In this document: piece by piece, positions 53,987 to 64,000 of the stretch
How the letters are laid out: each line of letters starts with the position of its first letter
Numbering within the stretch: position 1 is the first letter of the stretch
Assembly: GCA_964016885.1 (NCBI GenBank)
Contig: OZ024741.1
Span: 286,006,001 to 286,070,000, forward strand
DNA: 64,000 bases
Reading direction: 5' to 3'
Source: Eledone cirrhosa
Lineage: Eukaryota
Position numbers and translations under genes: made by a program
The notes under the pieces: model-generated
Told to the model about the DNA's origin: nothing
Database searches by the model: none
What the model saw: the letters and a program-made list of their open reading frames with translations, nothing else

Positions 53987-56900
53987 TCATTCACACGGGC
54001 CATTCTCGATACTTTCACTCCCACCTTTCATAAAACTTTCTGAGGTAGAGCACCTCTCTCTCCATTCTGATCCTTCTCTTAAAATGGTATTTATGAAAAG
54101 GAACAGTTGTTGGCCGGAGAGAAAGGTGTCCGACCTCAGCCTTTTCAAACGTGTCCACCATACCACCTCTTTCACCATGGCTATTACACAGAGGAAGACC
54201 GCCTCTCCTTCATTTTTGAAGGAGGGAGGCGGCTTCATCGTTACAATGGACTCGGTGGTCAACCGGATTGGTCCCACCCGTGACAACAGTCGTTCCACAT
54301 ATCCCCACAGATCGGCAACGCCCGAGCAGTGTACCAATGCGTGCGCAACGGTTTCCTCGTCGCACACACATCTGGGACAGATCTTTTTCGAGGGGTCCCT
54401 ACGCGGACGCCCGTGTCTGTAGAGCTTTTCTCGAACGGGCAGCGCCCCTCGGTAGCACTGCCAGGCCAGGGACCTCTGGAAGTTGTCCATAGGTCCCGGG
54501 CCAAATGTCCTCCCGAATAGGCTGGCCAGTTCGACTTCTTCCATGCCTAGGGCTTGTCCAAGGGCGTCGTCGCACCTACTAACCACCAGCCCCCTATAGA
54601 ATGACGAGGTGGAGTCTCCACCGATAGCCGGGTCTGCCTGCCAGAGAGCCGTGAGCGCCTGGGCAAACTCGGTGTGCCAGCTGCCCAGTTTTCTCGGTCT
54701 TTGCTTGACCCAGGACTGCAGCTCGGTGAGCGAGACGAGTCCCGGAAAGGCTCGCCACAAAAACGGGGACCCACACCGGTTGACTGGTGAGGAATACCTG
54801 GAGGTGCCGTAGCCTTATTGCGTGTTTACGCATCAGCATCCACGACATCCCCAGCCCTCCTTTCGAAGGGTGTTGACAGCAGGTGGTTCTCCTCACCAAA
54901 GAAGTCCGCTTCTTCCAAAGGAATTGGAAGAGTGCGCGCTCCATTTTGGTGAGCGTTTCCCTTTGGCAAGGCACAACGGTCAGGCGCTAATAGATGACGG
55001 ACGCTATATAAGCGTTCGCCACCTCCGCCCGCCCTTTCAGGGATAGTTTTCACTCAGCCCACTTCTGCATCAGCGCAAACACCCTGTTCGATACCTCACC
55101 CCAATTCTTCTCCACCTGGAGGTCTGGCCCGAACCAGACCCCGAGAACTTCACGCGGCCCTCCGTCCAACGTCCGACGACGCCGTTGGAGGCCATCGGTT
55201 TGCCCCTCCACTCGCCGAGTTGCAAACCGACTGACTTGTCCCGGTTCAGCTTAGCCCCTGTAAACTGTTCGTATTCCTCCAGTAAGGTGCCGATCACCCC
55301 AATTTCCGAGGCGGTTGACACCATTACTGTCACGTCATCGGCGTAAGCCGACACCGCTTTCCGCAATCCCGGTTCCAAAGGGATGCCCTGTAACAACTTC
55401 AGCTTCCGCAGTAGTGGCTCTAGGGCCAATGCATACAGAAGGGAGGAGAGAGGGCATCCCTGTCGGATGGACCGCGTGATTTCGAACGGCTCCGAGAGGT
55501 AGCCGTTCACCTTGACCCTAGAGCAGATGCGGCTGCTGCGCATGGCAGTGATCCAGCCCCTGAAAACGGGTCCGAAACCTGCCGCCACTAGCACCGCATC
55601 CAGGTAACGATGGTCGACCCTATCGAATGCCTTAGATTGATCCAAGTTGATCTTGGCCCCACCAACGCCGGGTTCGTTCCCAACTCCCTCTATGATGTAT
55701 CGCATGAGATGGAGGTTGTCGTGAATGGACCTGGATGGGATGGCGCATGTCTGCGCATCTCCCACCAGGTTTCCCACGACAAGCGCCAACCTCTTTGCTA
55801 ACACCTTGGCCAAAATCTTTAACTTGCATTTAGCATAGTTATGGGTCTAAAATTACTTATTTCATCCCCTTTGTTGTCGTCCTTCCTCACTAGCGAGACT
55901 ACGCCCTTGGTCACAGAACAGGGAATTCTACCGTTTTGTTGCCAGTTGCGGTAGACCGCTTCGAGGAGATCGAAGAACAAGTCCGGCATACTTAAATACA
56001 GTTCGTATGGAAGACCATCGAGGCCCGGAGCTTTGCGTCTGCCGCATTGGCTCAGCACATCCCCTATTCAGCAGCTGAGATCGGCCTCTCGCAAGACTTC
56101 GCCTCCTCGTCCGAAAGACGCGGCAGGCCGTCGAGGTATGGACCGAGGTCTACATCCCCATCCGGCCCCTCGTCCCTTCCGAACAATCGGGCAAAGTGTC
56201 TTGAAATGCCTTGCACATCTGCTTAGATTCAAGGATCACTCGTCCATCCTGGTCTTCGAAAGACCGGATAGTGGATCTAATTCCACTTTTGGCTCTGTCA
56301 CGCGGGCCCAGCTAACAGCTTTGGTCCCCTCGTTTCCCAGAGCACGTATTTTGCTTCGGACAACGCAGCCTTCGTGTTTCGCGTCGAAGAACTGTCCCAA
56401 GGCCGTTCTCGACGCTAGCACTCTGGCTACGTCGCCGCTTCTAATTGCCTCTTCTACACTTTCTACCAACTCTCTTTCTATCTGAAGCTAACTCCTTACT
56501 AACTCCTATTGAAGCTACTCTAATCTCTCTTTTGAGAGAGTCCCACCACCTGCTGTTGACGATGGCACCCGTCGACCGCTCCTTAACTAAAGTACTAATC
56601 CCGTCCCTGTAAGCTTTACTTGCCGGTAAGGTGAAGTTGAGCTTCCAGTAACCGGGTCCCTGTCTATGCGTTCTATCAAGGTTGACCATGGAGGTCACTA
56701 ACTTGTGATCTGAATAGCCAACCATGTGCATTTCTGGACAACTTAAAAAGTCCCTTTCCTCATTTCTAACTAAGAACCTATCTAGGTACGATCTAGATTG
56801 ACCGCCATGTTTTGTCCAAGTCCAGGTTGGCACAGTCGGAAAATCTAGTCCATATCTATCGGCCATGTCCAATCTGCCTATTAACCCCTTGAGGCTGTTA

Positions 56901-57384
56901 CAATCCCCTCTATCATGACATGCCCCTACATAGTCCCAACGTGCATCTAAGATACCATTCCAGTCCCCCACTAAAAGCAAGGAGCGGACGTCCCTAGAAA
57001 AGTCTCCAGACGATGGAAGAAGTCCGGCCGCGTTGACCCAAAAGGGCCGTAGACGGCGACCAGCCTAAAAGCTCCGCCTTCACCACTGCGAAGGTCCAGA
57101 ACCACTAGTCGACCCTCCGGGTCCAAGTGTACCGTCTGTGTAGCGAAACCCAGATGTCTTTGCAGCAGAACGACAACCCCACCCCCACCTCCGGGCTGAC
57201 AGAGAGATGCGTGCATCTCAAAGTCATGAAAAGCGGGGGCCAGCTGTCGCACGCTGCTGATCCGAGCCTCACAAATAACCATCACATTTATACATCGTGA
57301 CCTGAGGTAATTTAGAAACATTGCTTGCTTCCAAGGTGAGCTTAGGCCACACGCATTTAAACAACCTACTCTCAATACAGCCAT
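53987..57384 (-). pseudogene. Tx1 ORF2 (APE-RT) pseudogene
   Basis: MAVLRVGCLNACGL; GDWN; SYLDRF; YSDHK; KAPGLDGLP; FRPITMLN; LDQSKAFDRV; IRQGCPLS; AYADD; CPRC..ETVAHALVHC. Several frameshifts. Confidence 0.92.
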
Positions 57385-58032
57385 GTTGGTGGTAAAGAGA
57401 AAAGGCACTTACCTCTCTGCGTCTCGGGGACCGGGCCGCACAATTTCCATGGGGGTGGGGGATGGGTCGTTGGCTGGGGTGGTGGTTTGTGGAAGTGTAG
57501 GGGCATCAGTGTGTGGTGGGGGTGGGGTGTTTGGAGTTGTGTGGGTGTCTGTGGGGGTGACATTCTTTAGGAGGACACGGTTAATGGGTCTGACGCAGGC
57601 GGGGGAGGGGCACGTCCTCTTTAAAAGTGTCTTTTAACGTTTTGTAAATGTCCATTGGGGCTTTTATCATTTTTAGATGGGGAAGCCCCGTTGCTTGTGC
57701 GAAATTCGAACCTTCGGTTTTTATTAAGTTGTTATTATAAATAACGTTTAACAGTTTTTTTGTTTATTGTGTTTATGTCAGTGTATGCATATTTTTCTTT
57801 TTGTGTGATATTTTTGTTTGCTGTTGTTGTGTGTTTTTTTGTGTTGATGTCTGTGTTATGTATTGGGGAGAGGTTGTTTGTATTTGTGTTCCTGTGGTGT
57901 GTTTTCTTTTTTTCTTTTAACTTTATGAAAGTATCCCTCCCCCCCCCCCCCCTCGTCTGACGACGAAAGGGGGGTCGTCTACCTTATTCGAGGGGAGGGA
58001 TACATTTTCGGCTCGTGCTTGTGGTGTGGGTG

Positions 58033-59322
58033 TTATTGTATTTGTTTTCTGTGTGGGAGGATGGGTGGGATTGTTTTCAGTTGTGTTTTAACTTGTGGTG
58101 TTAGTTGTTTTTGTGGTGGTGGTGGAAGTCGTGTTGGTAGTGTTGTAGTTGTTGGAGTGGGCAAAATTGGTGTTTTTTTGTTTGCTTGGGAACAGGCAGC
58201 CTTCATGTGACCTCTGCCACCACAGAGGTAACAAGCGGGTCGTCTACCCTCCACTGTGATGTGTTAGTAGGCAAGCCCATCCAGCAATATGCGGTAGGGG
58301 ATCCTAGCAATTCGTTCTCGCTGCATTTGCACCAGAACTTGCAGGCTAGTTCCACCGAACACGTTGCTGGAAGACTTACCTACCGAAATTACTGCATCCT
58401 CTTTCAAGTCGAGCAGGCCACACAGTACCGCCCAGAAATCAATATCCGGATCGATACTGTGTATGGTCAATCTTTGCGTTCTTCTTCCCAAATAAGTGGG
58501 GAAGGAGGTAAATAAGGGGGACACAATTGGGGCCAGGGAATGTTTTTCGGCCGTCAATTTATCTTTCATTCGGATGGATAGACTACCGTAGAGTCTATCC
58601 TTCCGAATGAATACAATGTTTTTCAGATGATCTTTTAAAGCCAGTTCAATCTCTGTCTGTGTGAGTTGTACTGGCTTACGGGTTTTGTTTGTTATTGTTC
58701 TAGAAATAATAGTTTTTAAGCTATTTTCCTTTTTTAGCTCTGGGGGAGAATTTAAAGAAAATACACCATTCTCCTCCAAAGTTATATACTTCCGTGCATT
58801 TTCCATTTGCTGGGCCATGTTCGAAATGTCAATAGGTTCATACACAGTAGTTTTTTTCGTAGTTTGAGCGAACGTCATTTTGTTCGCCCCCTCTCTGTTT
58901 ACATTTGTCGAAATGTGGTTTTCTTGTTTTTTGTTGTTACAATTTTCATTTTTTGTTGTGTTTGTGCTATTTATGTTGGTGTATGCGTTCACATTTTTTT
59001 CCCCGTTGGGGTTAGACTCCATTTTTTCAAAATGTTCACTTATATTTTCAGTATCCGAGAGACTTGTAGTCGCAGCTACTACTTCTCTTTCACCTTTACT
59101 GGTGGGCGTGGCACCGTGAAAAGTCGAAACGGCATCCATTAATGTTGGCAATTTCTCCGAGTCAATTTTTTTCACATTTTTTTCATTAGGGTTAGGTTCC
59201 ATTTTTTCAATGTTTCTAATAATCATTATTCTTTCAGTAGGGAGGCTTGTTGCCTCTGCTACCCGGTCTCCTTTAGTTTGTTTAGTGGACGTGGCATCGT
59301 TACCTGTGGTAATGGCTTCCAT
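58033..59322 (-). pseudogene. Tx1 ORF1 with CCHC zinc knuckle
   Basis: Long open stretch 58264-59322 (FPTYLGRR), then EGRRPACYLCGGRGHMKAAC (C-X2-C-X4-H-X4-C) after an interruption. Confidence 0.8.
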
Positions 59323-59624
59323 TACCACTAGCGTAGAGACAATTACAAGATTTTTAGGATGAAAAATTTCACAACAAAAGGGGTGAAATAAATTAACCCT
59401 AATGTCCGAAGACCCAGACAAGGGGGTTAATTAACACAATAACGCAAGAATTCAGACAAACACTTACTGTTAACACGTAATATCTCCAATACTCGAGGAG
59501 CCGATGTGAAGAACGTCTATACCATCCGTAGATAGATAGAGAGGGAGAGAAATTCTCTAAATATATTTTCCGTGGTGTTTCCAATCGCTCTCCCTCTCTC
59601 TCTCTCTCTCTCTCTCGCAGTATA

Positions 59625-59812
59625 TAATCTGAGTTTTTCGAATATGAATAATAATATTCGATTCGTTTGCAATTATGTAAACAAGCCTCATTTTTAAAGC
59701 CATATCAGTAGAATGAGCCCCTCATTCTACTGACATGGCTTTAAAAAAGAGGCTGTTTGCATAATTGCAAACGAATCGAATATTATTATTAATATTCGAA
59801 AAACTCAGATTA
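59625..59812. repeat. Near-perfect palindrome (93-bp arms, 3-nt loop) between (TC)n and (TA)n
   Basis: ...cagtagaatgag ccc ctcattctactg...; ~35 bp tail on the right. Confidence 0.92.
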
Positions 59813-59840
59813 CATTTATAGTATTCAGCCATGAAGAGCG

Positions 59841-59871
<31 letters not shown>

Positions 59872-60034
59872 GTATTAAGGATACTATTTATGGTTATGTA
59901 TATACTAAAACTTTTTATAGTTATATATATTTTAAACCATAAACAGTGAAAGACAGTAATTTATTACTACCTTATTAACAGTAAGATAAATAGCTCAATG
60001 TAATAACATCAGTTGTTCTACAGAGCAGTTATAT

Positions 60035-61378
60035 AGAATTCACATGAATCAAAGTTCTGTTCAAACCATTTATTAGCTTACAATTGTTTCATCCAAACCG
60101 AGGTTTGGTGACTTCGGAGCAATCTTTCAATGATTGTTTACATACATGACCTCCTTTCCAACACAAGAGACATACAGATACATATGTATATATCGATGCA
60201 CAGTGGGGTGACATCCATTATAATATTTTTGCATGGCAATTTAAATTCCAAAATTAAAATCATATTAAAACAGAATCAAAGCAAAATTAAAGTTAAAATA
60301 CATCGGCAGTTTACGTAGATAATGCAAGAGGATAGTTTGTTAGTCAGTTGAAGTAGTTAGTGCATGCAATAGTTACACGTGGGGCATGCACGTGTGTCTT
60401 ATTTATATAAGATTATTGTGCGGCAAGGTGTTATATGCAATACAAGCACTTTAAGCGGGTAATCAAGAGTATTATGGAGGTTGTAGTGGTAAAGTATTTT
60501 TTGTGTATGATAAAGAAGCTTGTGTGCAGAGAAATATTATAAATGAGAAGCAAAATAATGTTATGGTTTTTGTATACACCACCATTTTCACAATTCAGGA
60601 AACGTAATATATAGTTTATATGTGCTTCACATAATTAACGATGATTCAGTATTGGATGTTTGATGTATTAAGTTAAATTATTACAGCTTGTTGCGGCTCA
60701 GTGTTCTTTAATCCAATTTTATAGAGCAGGTTGTTTTTGTTGCGAGAATTTACATCTTTTTATTTTCCGGAAGTATGTGTGTGATTAAGGGGAGTTAATG
60801 CGTGAGGGGAGGTAACTAGTTGATTTCTATAACTAAATTTATTATTCCAATGTACATTAAAAGGTGTCTCAATTGAGTCCCTTATATATATGGTTATATA
60901 CAGTTTCCAAATTTAAGTATCCTATCTTTAAATTACAGTCTACTCTATCAAGCAGTACTAAAGGTATCTATATTAGGATGATTACTCCCTATCATAGAGT
61001 GCTACAACTGAATATTCCATACGAAGAGTCAGATCTCCATATCAATGTTCTTTGTAAATGTAGTCTACTCACAGAACCTGACAGGGTCTTATTAGAACCA
61101 CGTCTATATATAACCCTGGTAAGCTCTGGGTCAGCGCATGGCTGATTGCATGGCAAAATTAAATATCGCTAGGGTAGACCAAAGAGCAATTCTCACTTAC
61201 AATGTCATTAATATGTGCATCGATATATACATATGTATCTGTATGTCTCTTGTATTGGAAAGGAGGTCATGTATGTAAACAATCATTGAAAAATTGCTCC
61301 GAAGTCACCAAACCTCAGTTTGGATGAAACAATTGTAAGCTAATAAATGGTTTGAACAGAACTTTGATTCATGTGAAT

Positions 61379-61381
<3 letters not shown>
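60035..61381 (-). mobile_element. Truncated Penelope-like element with inverted pseudo-LTRs (60035-60202 / 61214-61381) enclosing decayed ORF sequence
   Basis: Inverted arms of ~167 bp, ~1 kb apart. Each arm has a decayed hammerhead (..GAAA CAAUUG UA..). Minus-strand remnants PYI*G, KNNLLYKI and HPILNH resemble the PLE RT-EN linker and GIY-YIG domain. Confidence 0.65.
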
Positions 61382-61412
<31 letters not shown>

Positions 61413-61415
61413 GAG

Positions 61416-61446
<31 letters not shown>

Positions 61447-61849
61447 GTAATAATAATAAATTTGAAGACTAAAATCCAAAGAGGGCTCGATAAGGATATA
61501 TATATATATATATCAGATATATAAGAACCGTAGAGCAAATATATATATATATATATAAACATATATATATAGCTGTGTGTGTACGGGTGTTCGAGTGTGT
61601 ATACGTCTGTGTCTGTGTGTGTTTTTCTCCACTCTGCATCTATCTAAACATAGATTTTTAAAGGGATATTTTGATAAGTTTGGCATCCGAGTTGCACATA
61701 AGAATTTAGTGTTGTTAGAGAGTTCAATTACAAACAACTTCTCTCGCTATTATAGTCATTACACAAACTGTACCGTAGTGACATTGTAGCGAATGTTGTA
61801 ATTCTGTGAAAAAGTATACTCTCTTTTATAGCTCGAAATATTTGGAGTA

Positions 61850-62544
61850 TCTCCGTAAAATAAGCCAAATTCTGCATCAAAGTTCAAAAATCTCAAGCTA
61901 TTAATAAAAACAATATACATCATATATCGTATTGCACATAACGAAAATACCCTGGAAAAATTCTATGGAGAAGAATTACGTGAGCTTTTCAGAAATGTTG
62001 TCTAAAATCAAGATTACAAAATAATCCCACTTCATACGCAGTCAAATCAAATCCCACCATACTTATTCCAGTACATCTGCACTAAGCCGATCTGTTGTAA
62101 TGGGTTGAAAAGTGCTTTCACGGTGCAGTTGAAAATTATTGTATTCTTATCTAGTATAACGTCATACCAAATCAGGTAGAACTTATAAGATAATAAATTT
62201 CATTTTTCTACTTTAAACCCACCTTAACAAGGAAGATGAAAAAAACTTACAACTTAATTCTTTATTTTTTATTTTTAGTTTTTAATTCTTATTCATTCCT
62301 TTTAATTGTAATACTTAACATTTGATAAGATGAATTTTACTAATACATCGAAACCGGTAATACATTATATACGTTATACAACTCTTTCTTAAAAAAATTG
62401 TCCCTCTCATTTTTTCAATAATGTCACCTTGACATATCAAAGAAAGGAAAAGAAAGAAAAACAAGCCCTAAAATATACTTTCCGTGCTATTTCCAACTTC
62501 ACCTTTTCTCTATAACCACTGTTTTGTATAGAACCTTACTTCCC

Positions 62545-62552
<8 letters not shown>
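61850..62552 (+). mobile_element. Decayed Penelope-like 3' end with a U3-A8 hammerhead motif (62322-62359) and tail into (TA)n
   Basis: ..FYFKPTL.. near 62205-62228 resembles the PLE C-terminal F.P.LN motif; UUGAUAA GAUG..CAUC GAAA CCGG UA; tail homologous to 47742-47860. Confidence 0.6.
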
Positions 62553-62580
<28 letters not shown>

Positions 62581-62608
62581 CGTTATTCCGGGTTGAATCG
62601 CAGGTAAC

Positions 62609-62675
<67 letters not shown>

Positions 62676-63056
62676 AGACCGAGTGAGCCGAGAAAGAGAG
62701 AGGGAGAGATTCCCTGTGTCATATCAGACATGTTTTAATTTATACTCGCTTTTAAATATATATGCACATATACATTTTTATTCCCGAATACATATACTCA
62801 TAATCATGAAGGCATGCAGCTGCTATATTAAATAGCTTAATAGCACTTAATAATATTTTTCTGCCAGTAAAATTATGAGATATTTTACTTAATTTTTTAT
62901 TTGTGTAATAAATAATTTTAAAATGATATTTTAATTACTGCCTCTGGTTATTTTATATATACTGTGTAGAAATTACATTATTTTCAATTGGTGTCGAAAA
63001 TAGCAATAATATTCTTCTTATTATTATTATGATTATTATTATTATTATTATTATTG

Positions 63057-64000
63057 GTCTAAGCGGACGTATTTTCCTCGCTCACAGTAAGTCGCTTTAT
63101 TTGCCTGTTTAAATTATTTGTTGTTAATACTTCTTGTTGTGTAAGGGATATAAGCCCTTAGACTTTGCCCCGTGATGGGGAAAGTATAATATTTGTATAA
63201 TATTTGAACTTTTTTTTAAATGTTAAAAAATTTACGAAGAAAAAAAAACATGGTTGGGCCACGCCCCCCAGCGATATGTCGGCTGTCGTGCGACAACGAC
63301 GTAGAAGTTAAGAGGAGCGCTACAGCGAAATTAACTCACATTGATAACACAAACACCACCACAAACAAGGTAAACAAAGACACCAATGATACCAATAAGA
63401 ACTCTAATTTGAAAAAAAATGACAGTAACAGCGACAACGAAAATACAGATAACAAAAAAAAAAAATAACAAATGCAACAACAATATCAACACCACTAACA
63501 TGAAAACAAACAGCGACAACACCAACAGCAACAATACCAACTACACCGAGAACAACGGTGGCAGCAAAGACAACAATGATAACAGCGACAGTGCTAACAA
63601 CAACACCAACAAGAACAACGTCGACAACACCCCCAACGAAAACAAGACTACTTTCGCTGCGGCAGCAGCAAAAAAGAGGCCATGCTTCAACATGGACCTC
63701 TCAAACAAAGATGAAAAGTTGGCCCAGGCATGGAAGCTCATCAAGCAAGAGCAAACTTGGGCCAACTTAACTGTCCCGGTAGAAACTATTGAGGCAGTGG
63801 AGCGCAAAACGGTGCATTATAGATGCACCTCAGCACAAACCAAAAGGGCAGCGTTAATCCCACAGGAAGATATCGAAGTCGCGCTGAGATGCATCAGAGA
63901 AGACACCCAGTACATAGAGAGGGGCAGACAGTACGGCACCATTTCGGTATTGTTCAAGTCAGAAGCCCTCGCGATGAAACACGCCATGACTCCTTGCAAA
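63057..64000 (+). mobile_element. 5' end and ORF1 of a Tx1-like LINE (runs off the window), preceded by (ATT)n
   Basis: Asn-rich ORF1, then FAAAAAKKR..QEQTWANLTVPVETIEAVERKT, homologous to the 10247-13065 copy. (ATT)n at 63018-63056. Confidence 0.8.

Larger units (their letters stand above)
53738..59528 (-). mobile_element. Near full-length Tx1-like LINE, disabled, inserted in (TATC)/(TC) microsatellite
   Basis: ORF1 ~59322-57600 and ORF2 57384-~53990; 3' end ...tgccctggtggcaaataaatagaaac. Candidate 15-bp TSD TAGATAGATAGAGAG at 53713-53727 and 59529-59543. Confidence 0.9.

Overview
AT-rich, microsatellite-dense eukaryotic DNA, probably a cephalopod such as Octopus (inferred from the dominant tRNA-derived SINE). 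It is intronic or intergenic, and I recognised no host protein-coding gene. Contents: (i) four disabled Tx1-like (L1-group) LINE copies, three bounded by (ATT)n and one by (TATC/TC)n; (ii) R4/Dong-like RLE retrotransposon remnants, two of them head-to-tail in (TAA)n; (iii) more than 20 copies of one tRNA-derived SINE, often in tandem chains, plus two CORE-like SINEs; (iv) Penelope-like (PLE) remnants. The most striking signal is about a dozen mostly sequence-unrelated fold-back elements (inverted arms of 30-220 bp) lodged in (TA)n/(GA)n tracts. Several carry a minimal type-I hammerhead ribozyme (HHR) in both arms, and three loci show a recurrent compensatory U3-A8 core variant. All coordinates were read by eye and may be off by a few bases.
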